DNA from: a virus
Lineage: Duplodnaviria > Heunggongvirae > Uroviricota > Caudoviricetes
Length of the DNA stretch: 64,000 nucleotides
Virus record (IMG/VR): IMGVR_UViG_3300029745_000341
Span: 1-64,000 of that record
Strand: one strand, 5' to 3'
Positions 46,690 through 55,622 of the stretch are shown here, in pieces (within the stretch, counting starts at the first letter, position 1; every line of letters begins with the position of its first letter). Under the pieces are notes generated by a model. That model was given only the letters and a program-made list of their open reading frames with translations, made no database searches and was not told the origin of the DNA. A program made the translations under genes and the position numbers.

Positions 46690-48260
46690 AATAAAAACCC
46701 GATACGTTAAAATCGCATCGGGCCCGGTATTGAAAAAAAATAGGTTCAGATCTTGGGTAAAGATTCGAGCCAATTTTTAACATCTTTAGGTAATTATATA
46801 CAACTTTACACCACAAATACGCCAATTTGTTTTCATATATAAATAATAATTTCTATATTTGTGTCATGAGATTAGTCGAACAACATACGATCAAACCAAG
46901 TTCTGTTTATTACAATGAACTTTATGATCTATTGCATAAGTGTAAAAACTTATACAATAAAGGGTTATATGTTGTTAGACAGTATTATTTTCAATACAAG
47001 GATGATAATACTGTAAAGTATAAGTACCTAAACTACTATTCTCTTGAAAAGAAGTTAAGAACAGAAAATGATGTTGACTATCGTGCTTTACCAGCACCGG
47101 TTGCTCAACAAGTGTTGATGATGGTTGATAGAAACTTTAAATCTTTCTTCAATCTCTTTAATAAAAAGAATAGAGGTGAGTATTCTGAGGAAGTAAGAAT
47201 GCCAAGGTATCTCAACAAGGGTGGTTTGTTTCCTGCTGTTTTTGTAACAAATGCTTTTTCTCAAAAATGGATAAAACAAGGCATTGTTAAGTTACCAAAA
47301 CAGTTTTCCTTTACAACAAGAACTAACAAGCAAAATATTCAACAACTTAGATTCATTCCTAAGAATGGGTATATTGTTCTTGAAATAGTTTACAATAAGA
47401 AGGAAAAGAATCTTATGTCCGATAATGGGAACTATCTTGGCATCGACATAGGATTGGATAATTTAGCATCTTGTGTTTCAAACACCGGTTCTTGTTTTAT
47501 CATCAATGGTAGGCCACTAAAGTCTATTAACCAATATTATAACAAAAGGTTAGCATTCTTAAAATCTAAGTTAAAAGACAATAAACAGATTTCAAAACAA
47601 ATAAGGTCATTAACCGACAAAAGGAATAACAAGATCAAAGACTATCTGCATAAAGCAAGTAGAATATTGGTTAATCATGTAGTTTCCAATGGTATTAATA
47701 CGATCATAATCGGTCATAACAAGTGCTGGAAACAAGAGATCAATATTGGAAAGCGTAATAATCAGAACTTTGTATCTATTCCTTTTAATTCGTTTATCAG
47801 TATGATATCGTATAAAGCTACATTAGAAGGAATAAATGTTAAGATCGTTGAAGAATCTTATACTTCAAAATGTAGCTTTTTAGATAATGAACGGATTTGC
47901 AAACATGAATCTTACAAAGGAAGAAGGATCAAACGAGGATTGTTTAAAACCTCGTTTGGTAAGACAATTAATGCTGATATCAATGGTGCTTTTAACATCA
48001 TCCGTAAATCGGAAAAAGAATCCTTTGATGTAACGATGTTACCAGAAGGTAGAGGGTTTTGGTGTAACCCGGTACGAATTTCCGTATAAATGTGTATTAC
48101 TTTACGCTTTTGGTGTAAAGTGGTATATAATCACCCATTTAGGGTCTTTGTCTATTCTATCTTTCAGTTCATGCAATGCTGAGTCCATAACCGTATTCGG
48201 TACGCCAATCAACTCTCCTATTAAATACAATGGGGTTTTATTCGATTTAGATTCGTGTGC
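46690..48260 (+). mobile_element. IS200/IS605-family (IS1341-like, tnpB-only) insertion element. Boundaries are approximate.
   Basis: A lone plus-strand TnpB gene sits inside a minus-strand late operon. Sub-terminal hairpins lie at 46697..46721 (CCCGATACG...CGCATCGGG) and about 48100..48121 (CTTTAC...GTAAAG). Confidence 0.45.
46866..48089 (+). CDS. tnpB: TnpB (OrfB_IS605) RNA-guided RuvC-like endonuclease
   Basis: RuvC-I YLGIDIGLDNLA, RuvC-II EESYTSKCSF with a Zn-finger Cys, and RuvC-III ADINGAFNIIRK. A TATATTTG -7-like box lies just upstream. 46827 is an alternative start. Confidence 0.8.
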   Translation: MRLVEQHTIKPSSVYYNELYDLLHKCKNLYNKGLYVVRQYYFQYKDDNTVKYKYLNYYSLEKKLRTENDVDYRALPAPVAQQVLMMVDRNFKSFFNLFNKKNRGEYSEEVRMPRYLNKGGLFPAVFVTNAFSQKWIKQGIVKLPKQFSFTTRTNKQNIQQLRFIPKNGYIVLEIVYNKKEKNLMSDNGNYLGIDIGLDNLASCVSNTGSCFIINGRPLKSINQYYNKRLAFLKSKLKDNKQISKQIRSLTDKRNNKIKDYLHKASRILVNHVVSNGINTIIIGHNKCWKQEINIGKRNNQNFVSIPFNSFISMISYKATLEGINVKIVEESYTSKCSFLDNERICKHESYKGRRIKRGLFKTSFGKTINADINGAFNIIRKSEKESFDVTMLPEGRGFWCNPVRISV

Positions 48261-48432
48261 TATATTCATGTCAAAAAAAAGTTATGTGAAACAAACCGGC
48301 CACGGGTATTCTATTGCCCGCCGACCGGTATAATATTTTTATTCTTTTTTTTCCAAACGGGAAAAACGGGAATGCGGGAATCATATTTTTTACTATGGCT
48401 CCCGCACCACCGGAAGGACCTGGATCTGGATC

Positions 48433-48726
48433 TCAGGTCAGATCCTTCCAGTTTATTTTTTCGCCGAGGTAATCTTGCACGGCAAGCCATCTTATAAAGG
48501 CTACTCCTTCGGGAGCATCCGGATCATCCAAATACATTAACGTAGCTTTCACCAACTCGTTCTCACATTTGAAGACCTTCGGAAAACCATCCGAATAGTA
48601 CATTGCAAAGACATATTGGACATCGCCCCATGTCGCTTTATCCGGCTTCTTCGCTCCGCACTTTTCAAAAATATCTTTTATTTCCGGCTGCTTCCAGATC
48701 CTCTTGGATCCATCGACGTTGACCAT
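48433..48726 (-). CDS. Hypothetical protein
   Basis: 97-aa ORF. Hairpin GGATCTG...CAGATCC at 48437..48460 overlaps its last four codons and stop. Confidence 0.45.
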   Translation of the reverse strand: MVNVDGSKRIWKQPEIKDIFEKCGAKKPDKATWGDVQYVFAMYYSDGFPKVFKCENELVKATLMYLDDPDAPEGVAFIRWLAVQDYLGEKINWKDLT

Positions 48727-48819
48727 CTTCTTTACCGCCTCATCAGCGAGAGCATTAGAAAAATGGTAGCCGTAAGTATCTACATATTTCTGATAAGCTG
48801 GATCCTCTGCGTCTGCTCC

Positions 48820-49188
48820 TCAATAAGAACGACCTCTGCCACGTCCGCGACCTCTACGCATCTGAGGTCCGTCACCGTAGTATCTGTCGTCTCCATAGTA
48901 ATCGGTCGGGTAGGATTCGTAACCCATCCTCCGGTATTCCCGGTCCTCCATTTCATGACGACGTTCGCGCTCTTCAAGCCTTCTTTCCCTTTCTTCCAGC
49001 TCGTTTTCTCGCTCTTCCATTTCCTTCATCTTCTCATGCATACCGTAATGGTCGTAAATACCACCACCGTACCCCATGTACGTCCCATCAGAACGCCGGC
49101 TTCTGCCTCTGCCTCCACCTCGTCTGTCTTCTATCTCGTCATATCCAGGATATTCTCTGTGTCCTGAATTTAAATCATATACTATCAT
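48820..49188 (-). CDS. RG/RGG-rich, Glu/Arg coiled-coil low-complexity protein
   Basis: 122-aa ORF: GGGRGRSRR...EERENELEERERRLEERERR...RRGRGRGRGRSY. The antisense plus-strand ORF 48616..49167 was judged spurious. Confidence 0.45.
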   Translation of the reverse strand: MIVYDLNSGHREYPGYDEIEDRRGGGRGRSRRSDGTYMGYGGGIYDHYGMHEKMKEMEERENELEERERRLEERERRHEMEDREYRRMGYESYPTDYYGDDRYYGDGPQMRRGRGRGRGRSY

Positions 49189-49195
49189 ATTATAC

Positions 49196-49690
49196 TTATT
49201 TCAAACGTTCTACAATTAACTTCTTTAAATCTTCGAATGAATCAGTAAGGTCATTCACCTTATTTTCTATACCAGCTATTTTACGATCCTGCTCTCTCGT
49301 TTGTTTGAATGCCGGATTGATGTCCTCTAATATAGATTCACAAGCCTCTATCTTGGCACGATGGGCATCTACGCTGTTTATTATGTCTTGACTGGTGTTT
49401 TTTATAGCATTCAGTTCGTTCATAATCGGATCTATGCTGGTAGATAATGTTATGCCCATAGCCTTAGCCACATTCTGGGATTCCGGGACCGTATAGGTCT
49501 TGGTTTCGCCAGTGAGCTCTACCGTCAGATCCACCACGCGGGTCTGCATCGCCTGATACTGACCTGGCTGAGGAGGAAGATACCTGGGTTCGGATACGGC
49601 TACTACCTTTCCCAATTCGTATTTAGGTACTGTATTAGTATCAAGGGTATGTACCTGAAACCCTTTCTTCAAATCTGAAAACATGATCAA
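49196..49690 (-). CDS. Hypothetical protein (structural or scaffold-like)
   Basis: 164-aa ORF. Confidence 0.5.
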   Translation of the reverse strand: MIMFSDLKKGFQVHTLDTNTVPKYELGKVVAVSEPRYLPPQPGQYQAMQTRVVDLTVELTGETKTYTVPESQNVAKAMGITLSTSIDPIMNELNAIKNTSQDIINSVDAHRAKIEACESILEDINPAFKQTREQDRKIAGIENKVNDLTDSFEDLKKLIVERLK

Positions 49691-49740
49691 AATATTAGTT
49701 AGGTGAAAATAGGGTGATGATCTTCATCACCCTACTGAAA

Positions 49741-50154
49741 TCATTTACCTGCTTTAACTTCAGACGCCTGGGCTGCCGCTACTGGAACACAGCAATCCAT
49801 TAATCTTAACACGCCACGAACTTTATTGAAGTACAGAAGGCGTTCTGTGCCATTTACCATAGCAGCACCCGTGACAGCTACGTTAATAGGGTTCACGACA
49901 TTCACTCCCGTAACCGGGCAACAGGTGTCGGATCCTACTGTTGAAACTGTGCTGTTTGCCGGGACCGCAATCTGTACCGGTAGAGCACTTCCGGCTGTGG
50001 GGACTACTTGCCTTATTTTAAGAAGGATAAGACCCTCACACGGAAGGGCGATCCAAGCCCGTGGGTTAATACCGAAGACTGTATTTGTCGTACTGACAAT
50101 AACATTCTTCGTAACCATCTCATACAACGATCCTATTTTAGAAACACAAGCCAT
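49741..50154 (-). CDS. Hypothetical Val/Thr-rich protein with CC pairs
   Basis: 137-aa ORF. Confidence 0.45.
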   Translation of the reverse strand: MACVSKIGSLYEMVTKNVIVSTTNTVFGINPRAWIALPCEGLILLKIRQVVPTAGSALPVQIAVPANSTVSTVGSDTCCPVTGVNVVNPINVAVTGAAMVNGTERLLYFNKVRGVLRLMDCCVPVAAAQASEVKAGK

Positions 50155-50177
50155 ATTAGCCTCCTCTCTTAATAAAA

Positions 50178-51185
50178 TCAGACAGCAGCGTTGTTATTGC
50201 AACATCCGTTGTTACATCCACATCCGTTATTGCAGCAACCTCCTCCGAATACCTGTCCCCAAGTATAAGCCTGGTAAGGAGAACAAGAGGGGTAGGCCGG
50301 GACGGCCGTCGGGCGTAATTGACCAACGATATTCTGGGTTTGTTGCTGAGATAATGCCGAAGCTGTCAAAGCCGCTTTTTCTTCACGAAGTTGAGCAATA
50401 GTGTTCTGCATCTCCCTCATTTCCAACTGACAGAATTTGTCGTTGATCATAACGGTTTGGGCGTCAAGTTTCGCAGACAAGATATTGAATTGGCTTGTAG
50501 CTTGCTCACGATTGTTAGCCAGACCTTGGTTGAGACCGTTCTGCAAGATATTGGTTTGTTCCAACGTGCGAAGCTGGTTATCAAAACCTTGCTGAGTAAT
50601 CATTCCCTGAGTCTGGCAAGTGCTTTGATTGATCAACGAACTCAGATTGCAGCAGCAAGAGCTGATTTGATTTCCTATTTCACAACCTTGTTGTTGAACT
50701 GCGTTGATAACAGCCTGAGAAGTCATACCTACCTGACCAGCTACTTTATCAATAGCACCCTGTACGTTGCAGATAGCGTTCTGAAGTTGAGTAGTAGAAC
50801 AGTTCAAAGCAGAAGCAATCTGATCTATGGCGCTACGATTACCTTGAATTGCCTGCATCAAAAGTTCACGACCGTAATCGTTATTCAACTGAGCCGGCAA
50901 ACCATTGGCGCAACAATCACCGCCATTTCCAAAACCGTTACCGAAGCCGCGTCCACCCCACAGCCAGAACAAAACAATTATCCAGAGCCACCAACCGTTA
51001 GCCCCACCGAAACCGTCCTGGTTGTTACGACCGTTCATCAAAGCCGCCACCAGATTCGGATCCATTTTATTACCACCTATCAAATTAGCAAACATGCCGG
51101 GAATCATTGAAAGAAGACCGTTAGTGGCTGCACCACCACCGTTAGCCCCGGCTCCATCTAAAAGGACGATTTTATCACCACCCAT
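50178..51185 (-). CDS. Gly/Asn/Gln/Cys-rich membrane protein (TM helix WWLWIIVLFWLW, Q/N-rich coiled-coil, C-terminal GGGCCNNGCGCNNGCCNNN)
   Basis: Start set at MGGDKIV (51185). The track start at 51242 adds 19 residues. Confidence 0.5.
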   Translation of the reverse strand: MGGDKIVLLDGAGANGGGAATNGLLSMIPGMFANLIGGNKMDPNLVAALMNGRNNQDGFGGANGWWLWIIVLFWLWGGRGFGNGFGNGGDCCANGLPAQLNNDYGRELLMQAIQGNRSAIDQIASALNCSTTQLQNAICNVQGAIDKVAGQVGMTSQAVINAVQQQGCEIGNQISSCCCNLSSLINQSTCQTQGMITQQGFDNQLRTLEQTNILQNGLNQGLANNREQATSQFNILSAKLDAQTVMINDKFCQLEMREMQNTIAQLREEKAALTASALSQQQTQNIVGQLRPTAVPAYPSCSPYQAYTWGQVFGGGCCNNGCGCNNGCCNNNAAV

Positions 51186-51367
51186 AATTTTATAGTATTT
51201 AATTGTTAAACATATGTGCATGAAGCACGTAACAAAGATCATGATTGCAGGGTGGAATATGGGTGTGTTTATTTCCTATAGAAGAGAAGTATTTTCAGAA
51301 AAATAAGAAGAGATGAGTAAATATCACCATAGACTCATCTCTTAATCACTTTTTATTGTAATAAAAT

Positions 51368-51760
51368 TCAAGCCATGTCACACAACTTGAATTTATATTT
51401 ATCAATTATATCATTCAAATCGCAATCTGATAAGTTGAACCATTCTCTGTATATCCCTTTGATATCAAATCTTGCATGAAGCTCGCTCTCTATATCTTTA
51501 TTCACATAAGCTATTAATGTTAAGTTATCTTCTACAATAGACAACCCAGATAGCCTTCTTTTTACATCAGAGCTTTTACCTATTTTATAAAAACCATTAT
51601 TATTATTTCTTATTATATATGTAAAATATTTTATACATTTTTTATTATACCTATCGATAGATCTATGTATTATATCTAATACCCGATCGTCATTTTTAAT
51701 ATTACAACAATCAAATATATCATAAATAAAATCTTTAAATAAAGATCTATCACACTTCAT
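51368..51760 (-). CDS. T5orf172 / MUG113 (GIY-YIG-like) domain protein
   Basis: GFYKIGKSSDVKRRLSGL...ELHARFDIKGIYREWFNLS matches the T5orf172 motifs. It lies in an AT-rich islet. Confidence 0.6.
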   Translation of the reverse strand: MKCDRSLFKDFIYDIFDCCNIKNDDRVLDIIHRSIDRYNKKCIKYFTYIIRNNNNGFYKIGKSSDVKRRLSGLSIVEDNLTLIAYVNKDIESELHARFDIKGIYREWFNLSDCDLNDIIDKYKFKLCDMA

Positions 51761-51857
51761 ATAGATGATACACAGAATCGATTTGGGGAATAAATAATAG
51801 TCATGCCTAAATACATGACTATTATTATCTATTATTTGTTCTCCATTATTATCATAT

Positions 51858-52046
51858 CTATATGATATATAATCTATTCCATCCTTCCTTAAAATTAAAA
51901 GATGATATTACATCCTTAATCCAATGTTTAAAATCATACTTACATTCTAACAATTTATGAACATGTTTTGCGTCAATCATTTTTCTGTCGTTTATTAACA
52001 CAAAAGGAATACAAGTATTATCCATAATAAAAAAAAATAGGCCCAA
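51858..52046 (-). CDS. Possible N-terminal (Bro-N/KilA-N-like) fragment of a split T5orf172 gene
   Basis: 62-aa ORF directly upstream of the T5orf172 ORF in a different frame. Confidence 0.3.
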   Translation of the reverse strand: MGLFFFIMDNTCIPFVLINDRKMIDAKHVHKLLECKYDFKHWIKDVISSFNFKEGWNRLYII

Positions 52047-52313
52047 AAGAGAATGTCAGATCCCACTATGACAAACCCTAATGAGCCAAAAATATCTTTC
52101 AACATCAAACAACCAGAGGTGGGATCTCGTTGTTCATTGTTTCTGGAACAAAGATGGGAACAGGATTTTAAATAACAAATATTTTAATACTTTTTAAAAC
52201 AAACCAGGGCCCGCATCACTGCGAACCCTGATCTACACTAATCTAAACTAATACCATGAAAAACTTAAATCTAAAAACTAAAGAACACACAAATGTATGA
52301 AAATGTATGGTTT

Positions 52314-52511
52314 TCACAAAGAATCTGTATCCTGTTCTTTTGTGTGATTCAAGACATGGGATATAGTTCTGATACTTAATCCGGTTTGATTTTGTATCAG
52401 ATTATAAATATAGGATTTTGAAACTACAGTTCTTAATTGACCTAAATCATTCATAATGTTTTTATACATAAGATGAATGCTGTTGTTACGTTTGATGGTA
52501 CTGATTCTCAT
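52314..52511 (-). CDS. Hypothetical small protein in the AT-rich spacer
   Basis: 65-aa ORF, weak. Confidence 0.25.
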   Translation of the reverse strand: MRISTIKRNNSIHLMYKNIMNDLGQLRTVVSKSYIYNLIQNQTGLSIRTISHVLNHTKEQDTDSL

Positions 52512-52734
52512 TTCCTACTGTTATTAGTTACGTCCGGTTCTTACTTTTTCCTATTTCTATAATCCCTTCCTGAAACTAATATTGCAAACTTAATAAAAAT
52601 AATTCATAAACAATGAAAATCTAACTTTTCTTGTATGTTATTGATATACGTGCATATATGAGAAAAGTGAGACTTTCACAAGCCTCACTTCCCAAATTAT
52701 AACTATAAAAAAACTATATATATGTACACAAAAA

Positions 52735-55014
52735 TTACCTACATTCCAATTTATTAAGATCATCCAATTCAGGCTTGCTTACGGTCATGTCTTGCGTCAA
52801 GCCAGATCTGTTTTGGTATGGAGCGTAATCGGTTTCTACCGTCTTAGCCTTCTGAGTAGAATCGTATTTCACCTCTGATTCGGTTCCTGTCAGATTTTGG
52901 TAGATAGAGCCGGAACTACTCTCGCTTACTTTAGACCATATCTTATTACCTACTCTTATAAAATTATCATAAATACCTTCGGCTGTTATAACACCATCTT
53001 GCTCTACGATATTAGGGCCCGATTTTTCTTTTAACAAATACGGGTGCCTGGTGTAAAAATAGTGTTCAAAATCATTCCCGGCATACGAAGGGTCATACTT
53101 CTCCAAATAAAACAATTCTGATAAAGAAGGGTCGGTACTGGTCATGCTATAATCAAACAACATCAACCTGTCTTTTCCAGATAAAGATAATTCTATTGAT
53201 TTCAAAATATCAGGATCATCAGAAATAAGGCCCAAAGATGGACCAGGTTTGAAGTCAAGATACTTATAGGCATTATCATATAATTTTGTTTTATGGAGTT
53301 TGTTGTCAAGGTAAGATTGGTATAAATCGAATAAGGATAATGGGTTTTCGCTATCTTGTTTTTTGTTCATGTATCGACTATACTCCCGATCCACATCCAC
53401 GTAAGGAACGTCAAGTACCGCCGGGTGTCCAAACGCCATCCTGGTCATTATCATGTCCTCCGTGTTCTGAGAATCCATGAACGATCTGACGTATTTTTTA
53501 ATGGAAGCCATGAGCGTATTATTATCTACGTTCCGTACTTTCTCTTTATCCAAAACGCCGTTCTTAAAACAAGATTCAGGATATATTTTAGTAGAAAAAT
53601 GAGTTAGGTTGTGCTTGGCTAACACTGTTGATATTTGATACATCTCGTTAATATCATCTTTGCTGATCCTTTGATATAGATTATCTCCTACCTTAAGCAA
53701 TGAATGTTTCTCAAACGCTTCTACTGGGTCTATATTGGATTCAGAATAAACGATATTCAAATTATCCATATACTCCGGCAATAATTCAGAATAATAATCT
53801 GTGCTATCACCAAGAACATCATCTATAGAAGATGCCAGCGTTGGAGCATAATTTACATCATTATGCCTGGCCACATAAATATCAAGATCCAGCATCAAAT
53901 TATCTATCTTATTCAAAGATTCTTCTGTGCCATCATAAGTTTCCGATGTCCCTATTATATCTATGCCAAACCACGTACAAGCCTCTTCTATATCCCATAT
54001 CATGCTTCTTAAATCGGATTCGGTGTCGGCATTAGCCCTATGTAAATAAGCTGATATACGAGCTCTTAGGAACTCTATTTTGCCAGGATTGTAATAAGAC
54101 AGATCTTGTAACTTAGACAAGGATCTTCTCTTGCCTTCTACCACATCATCCCCTTCTATGTTTATTACCGGAATCTTATTCGTAGATGAGAACTCATCAA
54201 ACATAGATTCGGCAAATTCTTTATCAGAAACGAATTTCTCAACCAGTTCAGGATAGGAATTTCTCAACGATTCAAAAGCAGATGAAAATTCAGAAAAGTT
54301 TTTTATGCCGGCTACTGTTTTACGCATAGCATAATAAAGCTCAGAAGGATTATATGGTACCTTTTTACCAAATTGGTTAAACACTCCCTCCTTGTAAACA
54401 ATAGGACCATACTGATAGTCAATAGACATAAAATAATTATCTTTTTCCCTATCATGTTCGTTAATAGAAGAATCTATTAACTTTCTCATGGAAGTCAAAA
54501 CCTCGTTTAAAACAGAAGGATCGGATAAAATACGACTTATCTCTGTTTCATCATACAAACCGGATCTCCTTAATTTCTGCTCATTCAGTATCAAACTGCC
54601 ATCTACATAAAAATCGAAGAGAATAGCATTAGACAATGAAGACGCATTGAAAAAATAATGAGTAGACAAAAGGAAATCCCTTACATCCTTAATGTCCTGA
54701 GCCGTTAAAGGATCAGCAAAATAAGTCTGACGCTTCATATACGACAGCACGTCTTCTAAAAGAGGTTCGCCATTGGGATCGGTATTAAATATCTCCCCTG
54801 GAGCCGGATTATTCCAATGACCGTAATACGACAAAAAACCAGGAGTGTAAGCCTTAGCCCATACCTGAAGAGCCCGCTCGCTGTTTCCTAATACTTTTAA
54901 AGCACTTTCGTAAAGGACGGAAGGCTCCCCGTTAGGAGCCTTAACCCGTTTTATTTCATTTTCCTTTTTTTCTATCTGACATTTGACACCCATAGTGATA
55001 AATATTTTAGACAA
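52735..55014 (-). CDS. Large virion-associated hypothetical protein (759 aa)
   Basis: Long ORF in the late block. Confidence 0.7.
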   Translation of the reverse strand: MSKIFITMGVKCQIEKKENEIKRVKAPNGEPSVLYESALKVLGNSERALQVWAKAYTPGFLSYYGHWNNPAPGEIFNTDPNGEPLLEDVLSYMKRQTYFADPLTAQDIKDVRDFLLSTHYFFNASSLSNAILFDFYVDGSLILNEQKLRRSGLYDETEISRILSDPSVLNEVLTSMRKLIDSSINEHDREKDNYFMSIDYQYGPIVYKEGVFNQFGKKVPYNPSELYYAMRKTVAGIKNFSEFSSAFESLRNSYPELVEKFVSDKEFAESMFDEFSSTNKIPVINIEGDDVVEGKRRSLSKLQDLSYYNPGKIEFLRARISAYLHRANADTESDLRSMIWDIEEACTWFGIDIIGTSETYDGTEESLNKIDNLMLDLDIYVARHNDVNYAPTLASSIDDVLGDSTDYYSELLPEYMDNLNIVYSESNIDPVEAFEKHSLLKVGDNLYQRISKDDINEMYQISTVLAKHNLTHFSTKIYPESCFKNGVLDKEKVRNVDNNTLMASIKKYVRSFMDSQNTEDMIMTRMAFGHPAVLDVPYVDVDREYSRYMNKKQDSENPLSLFDLYQSYLDNKLHKTKLYDNAYKYLDFKPGPSLGLISDDPDILKSIELSLSGKDRLMLFDYSMTSTDPSLSELFYLEKYDPSYAGNDFEHYFYTRHPYLLKEKSGPNIVEQDGVITAEGIYDNFIRVGNKIWSKVSESSSGSIYQNLTGTESEVKYDSTQKAKTVETDYAPYQNRSGLTQDMTVSKPELDDLNKLECR

Positions 55015-55034
55015 AGATAGTATAAAAATAGAAA

Positions 55035-55622
55035 TTATGAAACTTCTATTTCATAATGCGAAGCCTCTGTCTCAACTATCAATCTTCCCTCTCCTTCGAA
55101 CTCAACGCTATCATTTCCTGGACCAGTAACAAAAGGGAAATCAGATACGGATGTTACATAATCTCCAGAACCACCGGAGAAAGACTGACTTTTACTTTGT
55201 TTGTAATTGATAGTCAATTGTGTTTTACCTATCTGAAGAGTTCCAGATAAATTTTTAGTATAAGTAGTGGTAGTTGTAATATCCCCATTTTTATAACAAT
55301 ACATTATAAAGGTGGTAACCGGACTCTTTTTTATATTACTATCCGGACCTGCATGATAAGATTCATTTCCTCCAAATATGCTATAAATGTGACAATAAGG
55401 ACCGACTCTTTTACTTGAGGTTTTAGCCTTATCCTCGACTCCTTTCAAAGATATAGTAACCTTACTCTTGTATTCAATATCCTTCCAATTACAGACTCCT
55501 TCACTTACGTTTCCAACAAACCTGTCATCAACATAAACCTCTATATTCCCCTGCTGATTGGTCTTCAACTGATACTGAACAAGATTTGAAACATCTTCGT
55601 ATCTCCTTCTCATACTCAACAC
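55035..55622 (-). CDS. Beta-rich hypothetical structural protein
   Basis: 195-aa ORF, Thr/Ser/Gly-rich. Overlaps the giant gene upstream by 7 nt. Confidence 0.55.
   Translation of the reverse strand: MLSMRRRYEDVSNLVQYQLKTNQQGNIEVYVDDRFVGNVSEGVCNWKDIEYKSKVTISLKGVEDKAKTSSKRVGPYCHIYSIFGGNESYHAGPDSNIKKSPVTTFIMYCYKNGDITTTTTYTKNLSGTLQIGKTQLTINYKQSKSQSFSGGSGDYVTSVSDFPFVTGPGNDSVEFEGEGRLIVETEASHYEIEVS

Noticed and set aside
48616-49167. 183-aa plus-strand ORF overlapping the RG-rich gene
   Set aside because: It is antisense to a minus-strand operon, has low-complexity Ser/Thr/Val runs, and no start context. The minus-strand reading was preferred.
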